Below are positions 36,656-45,463 of a stretch of DNA of 55,643 bases, piece after piece. The stretch spans positions 1 through 55,643 of the forward strand of contig DATKCF010000045.1 of NCBI GenBank assembly GCA_035513345.1, in the 5' to 3' direction. Within the stretch, counting starts at the first letter, position 1. Each line of letters starts with the position of its first letter. Source of the stretch: Longimicrobiales bacterium (GTDB taxonomy: Bacteria; Gemmatimonadota; Gemmatimonadetes; Longimicrobiales; RSA9). Both the position numbers and the translations under genes were made by a program. Under the pieces are notes generated by a model. That model saw nothing but the letters and a program-made list of their open reading frames with translations, was not told where the DNA came from and did not search any database.

Positions 36656-36963
36656 GTTGCCGCTCCATGTGCCAATGGCCGGATTCGTCAGCTGCGCTCA
36701 GGCAGGCGATGGAAGCAGTACTGTCGTCATGGTGATGATCGCCGTCGGCGCGAACACCGCCGCAGTCGTCAGTAGCGCGTGCACGATCCGCTTGCCCATC
36801 TGGCCTCCCTGTAGCCTTCAATGCCCGGCCCGCTACAGCGGCAGGCACTCACATGTAATGGTTACGTTGCCGGGCGTCAGTCCCTTCACGTACAGTGACC
36901 CGGACGTCACTGTCCGATTCATCAGGCGGACGCTGCAAGGTCACGCGATCGGGCGCAGCAAGG

Positions 36964-39555
36964 TCACGCGAGCATGTCAGCCGCGCAGCACTCCGCGAGA
37001 GCCATGATCGTCCACTGCGGATTTACGCCCGACGCGTCGGGAAACACGCTGCCATCACAGATGCGCAGGTTCGCGATGCCGCGAACGCGGAACCTGCCGT
37101 CGATGACGCCGATGTCCGGGTCGTCGCTCAACGCGTTGCCTCCCTGCGGATGTCCTGTGCCGACCTGCAGCAGGTGCAGCTTCTCGCGGTTGTCGCGAAT
37201 GCGGAGCAGGTCGGAACGCAGCTTCTCGACATCCGCGTCGGTCTCGAGTCTGCGCCCGCCCTCGAAGCCGGCAATGGCATGGTCGACGCCGCCGTCGAGC
37301 ATCGCCTTGCCCAGCAGCTCGAGCCCTGTCGCCAGACTGTCGATCTCCTGGCCGTCGATCGGCAGGCGGATGTCGATGCGGCCGTTGCGCAGTCTGATCC
37401 TGCCGCGAGGCCGCGTGCCGACGAGCGGCGCGGCGGCGACCTGGCTCGTGTACCGGCTCATCCGGTCGAAGTGCTCCGTCATGAAGCCCGGCATGGCCAG
37501 TGCGTTCGCGCCCGGCGGATTGAACCACGACTCGACAATGTACCCATCGTCAGCGCCGGGCGGCATGATGTAGTGGGCGATCTGTACGCTCGGCCGGGAG
37601 TGGACCGGCGTCGGCGTGAAGCCGAACAGTGGCGATCCGATGTTTGCGGTGAAGCGTGCGCCGACCGGGAGCCGGTTCCGTTCGATATGGTCTTCGAGGT
37701 CCTTCGACCGAAGCAGCACCTCCGTGCTGCCCACAGGCCCGCACGAAAGGACGAACTCCTTTGCGCGGACGGTCAGGCGACGACCCGAGGCAAGCGCGAC
37801 GTTGAGACCGGCAACCTTCCGGGCTCCGCCATTGCCGGGGGCCATGCGAACGCCGGCGACGCGCGCGTCCGGCACGATCACGCAGCCGGCCGCGGCCGCG
37901 CGTGGCAGGTGTACCTGCAATCCGTTGCGTTTGCGTTCCGACGCGCACGCCACATTGCACAGACCGGCGCCGATGCAGCCGGCCTCCGGGTTGTCAGGGT
38001 CGAGCGGTTCGAGATTCACGAGGCACTCGTAGAAGCCGGCTTCGGGCGGATCCACGACGGACGGCTTGCGGGGCTTGCCGAGCGCGGCTTCGAGGATTGT
38101 GCCGGTCGGGTTGAGATGGTGCGTCGCCTCCGACAGCGGCACGATCGGCAGTTCGTTCGCCACCCTGGCGTACGCGGCGCGAAGTGTCGCTTCGGGTAGC
38201 GGGAACCCGACCGCGTTCCACTGCGCGAGTCGGTGGTTCGACATCTGGAAGCAGACCGCGTTGTTGATGACGCCGCCACCGCCAAGGCACCGGCCCTGGA
38301 GGACGAAGAAGGACGGGCCGGGCTGGTCGAAGATGTGCTCGGGCTGGTTCGAGCGCTGCAGGCCGGAGCTCTTGTAGAGGCGAGTGAGTCCTTCCATTTC
38401 GTCGGTCGACATCGACTTCTCGGGCACGTACGGCCCGGCTTCGAGCAGAATCACGGAGCGACCTGCCTCGGCCAGTCGGGCGGCCAGCAGGCAGCCGGCG
38501 GGGCCGGAACCGGCAATGGCCACGTCGAACTCGCGGTCCGGCGGGTCCTCCGACACCGGCAGTGTCGGCGTATGGTGGGGCCGGTGGCTCGGCCGGTCGT
38601 AACCCACGAGCGCGTCGGTTTTCGGATGCGAATAGTACGGCAGCACGACGAGTGAGTGGATCATCGTCATCACGTCGCGGACGGGCGTGAGCGCGTTGCT
38701 CTTCAGCGCGTCCGCGATGAAGCGGCGGACCGCGCCGACGTCACTTGCGATGATCGGCACGATCAGTCCGACAGCGTGCACCCAGTTCCGCATCTCATCG
38801 GCTTCGGGCGATGTCGTATTGGCGAGTGTCCGCTCGAGCGTATCGAGGATGTCATCCATCTGCGCGCCGCCGGCCGGCAGCGGGTCCGGCAGCATGCACC
38901 GGATACACAGTTCGAGCGTGCGCCGCTCCTCGAGGGTGAGACGGCCCGTTTCCTTGAGCAGCAGCGGCATGCCGGGATAGACATCGCGCAGTTCGCGGTT
39001 CATGAACGCGAAGAAGGCTTCCCTCGCGGCCCGTTCCTCGTCGGCGGATGACGCACCGCTCACGACCAGCGTGTCGAGCTGCCGGACAAACTCGGCCGGG
39101 TGAACGGTCACGATCCCGCTCGCAATCGGCGAGTGCTGCGTCGAAAGCGTCAGATGGATCGTCGACAGGTCGCCCGCGCAATCGAAGCCGGTATCGTTGA
39201 ACAGGATCTTGTGGCCGCGCGCGATCACGTCGAATCCCTGTGGCACCGGAAACGTGAAGTCGAGATCGAAGAACTTGCGCCGCCGCGTGTTCTCCTGCGC
39301 ACGGAACAACACCATGCGTCCCGGATGGACGGCTACGCGGTCCACGAACGGATTCCACGATATCGTGCCACCTTCGACTTCGGCCGCGTGTTCGTCCGCG
39401 TCAAGGAACGCGCGCAGGCTCGGAATCGAGATCTGCAGATCATACTTCAGCCAGCCGGGCCGGTCGCCCGGAGCCGGCGAGGCTGCATCGCCCTGGACGT
39501 AGCCCGACATGGCCTCAATGAAGCGAATGCCGACGCCATCGCCGAAATCCGGCAT
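36964..39555 (-). CDS. Two-domain protein: ~310-aa N-terminal domain of unknown function fused to a GMC-family FAD oxidoreductase (cholesterol-oxidase/choline-dehydrogenase-like)
   Basis: 'FDVAIAGSGPAGCLLAARLAEAG' FAD motif at ~aa 330. C-terminal 'GTGHPQGGNALSD...RICDGSVFPDASGVNPQWTIMALA' GMC C-terminal signature. The N-terminal 310 aa have no recognisable motif. Confidence 0.8.
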   Translation of the reverse strand: MPDFGDGVGIRFIEAMSGYVQGDAASPAPGDRPGWLKYDLQISIPSLRAFLDADEHAAEVEGGTISWNPFVDRVAVHPGRMVLFRAQENTRRRKFFDLDFTFPVPQGFDVIARGHKILFNDTGFDCAGDLSTIHLTLSTQHSPIASGIVTVHPAEFVRQLDTLVVSGASSADEERAAREAFFAFMNRELRDVYPGMPLLLKETGRLTLEERRTLELCIRCMLPDPLPAGGAQMDDILDTLERTLANTTSPEADEMRNWVHAVGLIVPIIASDVGAVRRFIADALKSNALTPVRDVMTMIHSLVVLPYYSHPKTDALVGYDRPSHRPHHTPTLPVSEDPPDREFDVAIAGSGPAGCLLAARLAEAGRSVILLEAGPYVPEKSMSTDEMEGLTRLYKSSGLQRSNQPEHIFDQPGPSFFVLQGRCLGGGGVINNAVCFQMSNHRLAQWNAVGFPLPEATLRAAYARVANELPIVPLSEATHHLNPTGTILEAALGKPRKPSVVDPPEAGFYECLVNLEPLDPDNPEAGCIGAGLCNVACASERKRNGLQVHLPRAAAAGCVIVPDARVAGVRMAPGNGGARKVAGLNVALASGRRLTVRAKEFVLSCGPVGSTEVLLRSKDLEDHIERNRLPVGARFTANIGSPLFGFTPTPVHSRPSVQIAHYIMPPGADDGYIVESWFNPPGANALAMPGFMTEHFDRMSRYTSQVAAAPLVGTRPRGRIRLRNGRIDIRLPIDGQEIDSLATGLELLGKAMLDGGVDHAIAGFEGGRRLETDADVEKLRSDLLRIRDNREKLHLLQVGTGHPQGGNALSDDPDIGVIDGRFRVRGIANLRICDGSVFPDASGVNPQWTIMALAECCAADMLA

Positions 39556-39584
39556 GACTCACCTCGATCGGATGGGAGTGGCTA

Positions 39585-40511
39585 TCACTGATCCCCTTGC
39601 TCGTCGTCGCCCGTCGTGCCACGCAGTGCCCGTGGCAGCACCTCGTCGAGCCGATCGCCGCCGACCTCGCTGAAATCGAGTGTGCGGATCGGGAACGGAA
39701 TCGTGATGTCCTGCGCGTCGAACGCCTTCTTGATCGCAATGATCGCTTCGCTGCGCGCGGCCATGTAATCCGACTGCCGCGACGAAGCGATCCAGAACCG
39801 GACCACGAAATCGATCGAACTGCTGCCGAACCCCTCGTAGAAAAGCGTGACGGGTTCGTTCGGGTCCCGCTCCCCGAGTCCTTCGACGGCCTCGATCGTC
39901 ACGCGACGGACTTTCTCGAGGTCGTCGCCGTAGGCCACGCCCACGCCGAGGTCGACACGGCGCCGGCCGCTCACCGTATAGTTGACCAGGACGCTGTTGG
40001 CCACCTGGCTGTTCGGTACGACGACGACTTTCCCGTCCAGCGTGTGCAGGACGGTCGTTCGCAGATCTATGCGCTTCACCAGCCCGGTCGTGCCATTCGT
40101 CTCGATCAGGTCGTCGTGCGTGAACGGTTGGCGCATCATCAGGATGATGCCGGACATGAAGTTCGACGCGATGTCCTGGAATGCGAAGCCGAGCGCGAGA
40201 CCGATGATTCCGACGCCGGCCAGCAGTGACGTGACGGTCTTGTCCAGGCCCACAATGCCCAGAGCGACGAATATCCCCGTGACGAGCACGGCGAACCCGG
40301 CAACCGTGCCCAGCAGGTCCTTGATGCTCGGGTGCGACGTCATGCGTGACATCGCGGCCATCACAGCGGAACGAACGATGCGCGACAGAACGCCGAATCC
40401 GACCGCGACGAGCGCCGCGACAACCAGGTTCGGCAGCAGCAGAATGAACCCTGCCAGCCAGCCCGTCACCTTCTCGATCAGTTCGTTGAACGCATCCTGT
40501 ATCTGCATCAT
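39585..40511 (-). CDS. Small-conductance mechanosensitive channel (MscS family)
   Basis: The start is at the MMQIQ Met (40511). Three TM helices, then 'GTTGLVKRIDLRTTVLHTLDGKVVVVPNSQVANSVLVN' MscS beta-domain signature. The long upstream extension to 41264 is antisense to the ZIP gene. Confidence 0.85.
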   Translation of the reverse strand: MMQIQDAFNELIEKVTGWLAGFILLLPNLVVAALVAVGFGVLSRIVRSAVMAAMSRMTSHPSIKDLLGTVAGFAVLVTGIFVALGIVGLDKTVTSLLAGVGIIGLALGFAFQDIASNFMSGIILMMRQPFTHDDLIETNGTTGLVKRIDLRTTVLHTLDGKVVVVPNSQVANSVLVNYTVSGRRRVDLGVGVAYGDDLEKVRRVTIEAVEGLGERDPNEPVTLFYEGFGSSSIDFVVRFWIASSRQSDYMAARSEAIIAIKKAFDAQDITIPFPIRTLDFSEVGGDRLDEVLPRALRGTTGDDEQGDQ

Positions 40512-41311
40512 CCGACTCCCACGTCCAGGATCATCATCACGGTGAATCCGAGTATCAGCGCCGTCGTGGCGAGGTCCGTGTTGCCACTCTGCTGCGCCTC
40601 GGGAATGAGTTCCTCGACCACGACGTAGATCATGGCGCCGGCGGCAAACGCAAGCGCGTATGGCAGAATGCCCTGCACATTGAGAACTGCCACTGCGCCG
40701 ACAAACGCGGCAACCGGCTCGACGACCGCCGAAAGCTGGCCGTACCAGAAGCTGCGGAATGCGGATACGCCGTCCCGCCTCAGCGGCATCGCAACGGCTA
40801 CGCCCTCGGGGAGGTTCTGCAGGCCGATTCCGATGGCAAGCGCGACCGCGGCCGGCAGCGTCGCACCGGTCGCGATTCCGCCGTGCGCAGCCGCACCGAA
40901 TGCAACGCCAATGGCGAGTCCTTCGGGAATGTTGTGCAATGTAATCGCCATCACGAGCAGCGTCGTCCGCTCCCACCTCGTCGAAACGCCCTCGGGCCGG
41001 ATCGATTTCAGGTACGGGTGCACGTGCGGCAGGATCTGGTCCGCAACGAACAGCGTCGCGGCGCCGAGCACGAAACCGACCGCTGCCGGCAGCCAGCCGG
41101 GAACGCCCATCGCTTCGGCCATCTCGATCGCGGGCGCAAGAAGCGACCAGAAGCTTGCCGCTATCATGACGCCGGCCGCGAATCCGAGCATCGAGTCGAG
41201 GACGGCGAACGGCATGTCGCGGCGTACGAATACAAGAGCGGCCCCCATCGCCGTCACCGTCCACGTGAACAATCCCGCGACGAGCGCCTGCATCGGGGGG
41301 GCGAGGCCCAT
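40508..41311 (-). CDS. ZIP-family zinc/metal transporter (ZupT-like)
   Basis: 'LHNIPEGLAIGVAFGAA' and 'GLQNLPEGVAVAMPL' are the paired ZIP metal-binding motifs. The start is uncertain (ATG 41311 or TTG 41326). 4-nt overlap with the mscS start. Confidence 0.8.
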   Translation of the reverse strand: MGLAPPMQALVAGLFTWTVTAMGAALVFVRRDMPFAVLDSMLGFAAGVMIAASFWSLLAPAIEMAEAMGVPGWLPAAVGFVLGAATLFVADQILPHVHPYLKSIRPEGVSTRWERTTLLVMAITLHNIPEGLAIGVAFGAAAHGGIATGATLPAAVALAIGIGLQNLPEGVAVAMPLRRDGVSAFRSFWYGQLSAVVEPVAAFVGAVAVLNVQGILPYALAFAAGAMIYVVVEELIPEAQQSGNTDLATTALILGFTVMMILDVGVG

Positions 41312-41605
41312 GAAGAACTCGATCAAGACATTATCCGTGGCTGCGCTGGTCTGGAGTGGCTCGTCGCCGAACCTCTTGGCTGAACCGCCTCGCCTCCGCG
41401 CTCCAATCGTGTGACGCACCTGCATCTGGTCGTGCCGTGCGGCGCCGGATACTCAGCCACAGGCCCGGCCGTCAACGTACGGTCCGCCCTGCTCGTCGGC
41501 CATTCTCGAACCGCGCTGCTCCCTCGTCAAATCGACAGCGGCGGGCGCTGCACCGGCAGATCAGGAGTCACGGCAGCGAATGGCGAGGCCGCTGGCGGGG
41601 GAGGG

Positions 41606-41815
41606 ACGGCGACGAACGGCGGGCGACGTGGGGCGGGCGACGAACGGCGGGCGACATGGGGCGGGCGACGAACGGCGGGCGACATGGGGCGGGCGACGAA
41701 CGGCGGGCGACATGGGGCGGGCGACGAACGGCGGGCGACGAAGGGCGGGCGACGAACGGCGGGCGACATGGGGCGGGCGACGAACGGCGGGCGACGTGGG
41801 GCGGGAAAGGCGGGG
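41606..41815. repeat. Tandem array (~14 units) of a 14-nt repeat GGCGGGCGAC(GAAC/ATGG/GTGG)
   Basis: Alternating units gcgggcgacgaacg / gcgggcgacatggg repeated seven-plus times. Non-coding; its reading frames give the low-complexity RRATWGGRRTAGD. Confidence 0.8.
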
Positions 41816-41849
41816 GAGGTTACCGTCGGGTCTCGTGCGAGTGAACGAG

Positions 41850-42186
41850 GGCGGCCAGCATTGCCGAGATCATGTTGGCGGACCTGCGCGACGACGCGAT
41901 CATTTCGGAGGGCTTGCGGCGATCGAGATGCGTGAGCGGCGATGCACTCGCCAGCGGAGCCGCGGGCCAGCTGGTAGGGATAGATCTTGCGGCCGGGACT
42001 GTAGTGTCCGGCGCCGTCGGCGATATTCAGGACGATAGACTCGGCGGATCGCCTCAGCTGGTCGGCAATGCTGCCATGCCTGGCGACCGCACGTGCATGC
42101 GATCCGCCGACATCGCCAGATCCTGTGCCAGGTGGTAAACCCGCAGCCGTTCCGGCCCCTCGAACTCCTTCCGCCCGTTCGTCCAT
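41850..42186 (-). pseudogene. Four-helix-bundle protein (TIGR02436 / 23S rRNA intervening-sequence-protein family) gene, frameshifted
   Basis: Frame A (42054-42160) gives 'KEFEGPERLRVYHLAQDLAMSADRMHV', helix 1 (FEDLEVWQKAHEL type). Frame B gives 'IADQLRRSAESIVLNIADGAGHYSPGRKIYPYQLARGSAGECIAAHA', matching 'LTSQMRRAAVSIPSNIAEG...ARGSLNELETQL'. The ATG at 42186 is in frame B while the homologous N-terminus is in frame A, so at least two frame disruptions. The ORF then runs on into the repeat array. Confidence 0.6.
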
Positions 42187-42233
42187 GGGTGAACTGAGGC
42201 ATCAATCCGGGGCAAGGGAATGGCCGAAACGCC

Positions 42234-42306
42234 CCCGCCGTCGCCCGCCTTTTGTCGCCCGCCCTTCGTCGCCCGCCCTTTGTCGCCCGCCCTTCGTCGC
42301 CCGCCC
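42234..42306. repeat. Second array (5 units) of the same 14-15-nt GGCGGGCGAC-core repeat, in inverted orientation relative to 41606..41815
   Basis: gtcgcccgcc(ttttg/cttc/ctttg/cttc) units. Together with the left array this brackets the four-helix-bundle pseudogene. Confidence 0.8.
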
Positions 42307-42365
42307 CTCAGCTCTCCCCCCTCTCCGCCTCTCCCGCCACCAGTCCGCCCGACGGGTCTGGCGAG

Positions 42366-42411
42366 TGTTCCACTGTGAAACGACGGAACATGAACGCTGT
42401 TCCGTGAAACG
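42366..42411 (+). promoter_or_regulatory. Overlapping palindromes TGTTCC-N13-GGAACA and CGGAACA-N7-TGTTCCG with repeated GTGAAACG, a putative operator upstream of the duplicated-domain lipoprotein gene
   Basis: tgttccactgtgaaacgacggaacatgaacgctgttccgtgaaacg, ~160 nt upstream of the start at 42569. Confidence 0.4.
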
Positions 42412-42568
42412 CGCGTCTGGTCCCACCACGACATCCAGAGCCCCGCAAACCATATTCGCGGAATGAATTACGAGAAGCGACCGGACGGGCATGTGCGTTG
42501 CCTTCTGACTGTCCGGGACGGGCCCCGATCGGGCCGCTGAAATACCACCCCCTGGACGAGAGGCAGCG

Positions 42569-44326
42569 ATGGGAATCAATGCGCGATGGATGGTGACAAC
42601 GCTTCTCATGGCCGCGGCCGTGAGTGCCTGCGATGATGAAACGATGGCACCGGAGATGCCGCGCGATCCGGACACTGCGGACCGCGTGATGATCGACCGG
42701 TTCTCCGACGACGCCGGCACGCTGTTCATGCGTAGCGCGAGTCCGGGTCTGCCGGGGCCGGGCGAGGCGATCGATTTCGACGAAGCGCCGTTCATCACGC
42801 AGGGTCTCGGACCGGACGGGCAAGTCGTACGCTACTACAACTTCGACGTGATGCCGACGACACCCGCGCCGATCTGGGTGCTGTTCCGCGAAGGCAGCAG
42901 TACGCCTGTGCCCGGTCAGCTCAACATCATCGATGTCGTGCCGGGCGATGGCGGCTACAACGACTTCTGGCAGGTCGTGCGCGTGACGGTGCCGCAGGAC
43001 TACGTCGCGAACACAGCAACGAGCTTCGCGGACCTTCAGGCAGCCGGTTTCGAGATGGAGGGCACGACGACGATCGTGAACTGTCCGGTCGTGCCGGAGG
43101 GCTCCGTCGCGCAAGAGGGTCCGGGTGCGAACGGGCTGATCCGGGGATGGTACCGCGACCAGCTCGTATTCTACTTCGATTTCAACGAAGCGCCTCTGAT
43201 GAGCGCGAACGGCGTACCCACATCGCCGATTCATGTCGCGTTCAACATCAATCCCGACGAAACGGGTGGCGGCCCGCTGTCCGGGTTCATGACGCAGGGC
43301 AGTTCGGTACAGACGCACAACGTCTTAGCTACCGTGCCGGGTGACGCGGGCTATTCTCCGCTGTGGAACGTGTTCCCGTACGACAACGAGCACTTCGACA
43401 TGCTGCACGATCTGGAAAGCGCACAGGATGCGCCCGACTTCGGTTTTGCGGCGAACGTCAACTGCCCGGTCGTGTTCGTGGGCGTGCCACCCGGCGATCC
43501 GGAAACCTCGCCGAAGACGGTGATCGACCGCTTCAGCGACACGGCGGGCACACTGTTCGTGCGCAGCTCGAACGCCTCGCTTCCGGCTGCCGGCGAGCCG
43601 ATCGACTTCGACCAGGGCCCCTTCATCACACAGGGGCTCGGCCCGAACGGCGGCGTGGTCCGCTACTACAACTTCGACGTCATGCCGGAAGCGCCGGCCC
43701 CGATCTACGTCTTCTTCTTCGAGGATGGCTCGGCTGTTCCCGGCCAGAACAACGTAGTGGGCGTCGTACCGGGCGAACCGGGCTACAGCGACTTCTGGCG
43801 AGTGACTCGCGTCACTGTTCCGCACGACTACATCGCCAACGCGATCACGGGCGAGGATGATCTACTCGCGTCCGGCTTCGATATCGATGCGACCGACACT
43901 GTCGTCAACTGCCCGATCGTGCCGGACGGTTCGACCGCGTCCATGCGCGTCGGTGGCGGTGACACCGGTCTCGTGACAGGATGGCACGACGGCCAGGTAG
44001 TCCTCTACTTCCACTTCGGCGAAGCTCCGCTCGAAGTCAATGCGGCGGGCAGCACGCCCACTTCGCCGATCTTCGTGACCTTCAACATCAATCCCGACCA
44101 GACCGGCGGCGGACCACCGTCCGGATTCGTGACCGAGCAGGGCACGAACCAGACGCACAACGTGCTTGCCACACTGCCCGGCGATCCCGGCTACTCGCCG
44201 CTGTGGAGCGTCATCCCGTACGACAACGCGTCGTTCGGACAGGTCCTCGACCTGGCCTCGGCACAGGCCGCTCCCAACTTCGGCGTGGCCGCCAGGGTGA
44301 ACTGTCCCGTAGTGTTCGTCCAGTAG
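42569..44326 (+). CDS. Secreted lipoprotein of unknown function built from two tandem ~280-aa homologous domains
   Basis: Lipobox 'LMAAAVSAC'. Residues ~40-300 and ~320-585 align throughout (IDRFSD.AGTLF.RS...IDFD..PFITQGLGP.G.VVRYYNFDVMP..PAPI...VPGQ.N...VVPG..GY.DFW.V.RVTVP.DY.AN...DL.A.GF....T.VNCP.VP.GS...GW....V.YF.F.EAPL....TSPI.V.FNINPD.TGGGP.SGF.T...QTHNVLAT.PGD.GYSPLW.V.PYDN..F....DL.SAQ.AP.FG.AA.VNCPVVFV). Each copy has 2 Cys (CP...NCP). Confidence 0.7.
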   Translation: MGINARWMVTTLLMAAAVSACDDETMAPEMPRDPDTADRVMIDRFSDDAGTLFMRSASPGLPGPGEAIDFDEAPFITQGLGPDGQVVRYYNFDVMPTTPAPIWVLFREGSSTPVPGQLNIIDVVPGDGGYNDFWQVVRVTVPQDYVANTATSFADLQAAGFEMEGTTTIVNCPVVPEGSVAQEGPGANGLIRGWYRDQLVFYFDFNEAPLMSANGVPTSPIHVAFNINPDETGGGPLSGFMTQGSSVQTHNVLATVPGDAGYSPLWNVFPYDNEHFDMLHDLESAQDAPDFGFAANVNCPVVFVGVPPGDPETSPKTVIDRFSDTAGTLFVRSSNASLPAAGEPIDFDQGPFITQGLGPNGGVVRYYNFDVMPEAPAPIYVFFFEDGSAVPGQNNVVGVVPGEPGYSDFWRVTRVTVPHDYIANAITGEDDLLASGFDIDATDTVVNCPIVPDGSTASMRVGGGDTGLVTGWHDGQVVLYFHFGEAPLEVNAAGSTPTSPIFVTFNINPDQTGGGPPSGFVTEQGTNQTHNVLATLPGDPGYSPLWSVIPYDNASFGQVLDLASAQAAPNFGVAARVNCPVVFVQ

Positions 44327-44452
44327 CTCGACCTCGACAACGGGCGGGGCGGCGGCTCGATATGACGCCGTCGCCCCGTCCGATCCTCGGCTGAAACCGA
44401 CTGCTCCTTCATCGACACGGCACCCGTCCCTGGCCTGCCGTGCCGGACCCGC

Positions 44453-45463
44453 TCAGAACGCACCTTCACGCACCTCGTCGCGTGAAAGCCCACGCCGCAA
44501 CTTCACGACGTTGTCCGGGTCGACCGTTTCGTTCTCGGGCAACGGAACCCTGCCCGTTGACCTGCCGATTTCCTGCACGCTCTCCAGGCCACCAAGCCGG
44601 CCACCCCCGGACAACGCCCTCCCGTCGGCGCCGTAGTATTCGAACCATGGCAACCCGGCCTTCGTGTACTCAGCCGCCGTCGCAGGCGTGGGCGGCGGCT
44701 CCTCACCCGTGATCGATCGCCACACAAGCGAGTTCGCCAGATGCACGAAGCACCGGCCGCGATGCGCCAGATCCCAGTCCCCCATCGGACGACGGTCCCG
44801 CTCGATCCGCTGCCGCATGCGGCCGCCCGGCGCCAGACCCATGCTGGACAGGACCATCGAGTCCTCGACGGCCGGCCCGGAGCTCACGCGGTCGAAGGAA
44901 GCATGGACGGGTGGCTCGTACCGCTCGGCCCGGAGTGGATGCACGAGGACCTGGATGCCACCATGATCGGCCCGGCCGGTAAGCTGCTCTTCCACCGAAT
45001 AGCCGTCGCCCAGCGGCATTGCCACGAACTGACGGATCACACCTTCCTCGACGCAGTAGCCGTCGAGCCACGGCTGCTCCGGTATCACCATGTAGTCCTG
45101 CGGATGCCGCCGCAGACGTTCCGACCATGCGTCGCCGCTCACCGCGTTGATCTTGCCCGTCGATATCTTCACCGCGAACGGGTAGCCGTGCGGCGACGTG
45201 AAATCGATCCACATTGCCTCGCTCTGATACATCGGCAGCACCGTCCCGCCTCGCCGCAACCATTCCGCCGGCACCCGATTCGCGAAGTCGTCCACATGCC
45301 GCATCGGGAACCGGCCCAGACCGGGTGGCAGCGGATAGTCCGTGTCGTCATCCGGGATCCGGAGCGTGCGCTGGAACTCGAGCCGCAACACCGCGGCCGC
45401 GTGGACTCCCGGGAAGCGGAACACCAGAACATCGTTCTTCAGCTCGACCATGACCTCCCTCAC
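44453..45463 (-). CDS. Hypothetical 336-aa cytoplasmic protein of unknown family, translationally coupled to an upstream XRE-family HTH gene
   Basis: No TM or signal, and no recognisable catalytic motif by eye (no HEXXH, P-loop, Fic, HNH, or NTase GS..DxD). Conserved-looking N-terminal segment 'LRLEFQRTLRIPDDDTDYPLPPGLGRFPMRHVDDF'. 4-nt start/stop overlap with the HTH gene. Confidence 0.6.
   Translation of the reverse strand: MREVMVELKNDVLVFRFPGVHAAAVLRLEFQRTLRIPDDDTDYPLPPGLGRFPMRHVDDFANRVPAEWLRRGGTVLPMYQSEAMWIDFTSPHGYPFAVKISTGKINAVSGDAWSERLRRHPQDYMVIPEQPWLDGYCVEEGVIRQFVAMPLGDGYSVEEQLTGRADHGGIQVLVHPLRAERYEPPVHASFDRVSSGPAVEDSMVLSSMGLAPGGRMRQRIERDRRPMGDWDLAHRGRCFVHLANSLVWRSITGEEPPPTPATAAEYTKAGLPWFEYYGADGRALSGGGRLGGLESVQEIGRSTGRVPLPENETVDPDNVVKLRRGLSRDEVREGAF

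Noticed and set aside
36441-36848. 135-aa minus-strand ORF
   Set aside because: It lies in a different frame across the signal-peptide/TGA junction of the hydrolase gene and is His/Asp/Arg low complexity. The in-frame signal-peptide ORF explains the region better.
41606-42306. CRISPR array
   Set aside because: Units are only 14 nt, directly abutting, with no unique spacers. The two arrays are inverted around a gene remnant. This is not CRISPR architecture.
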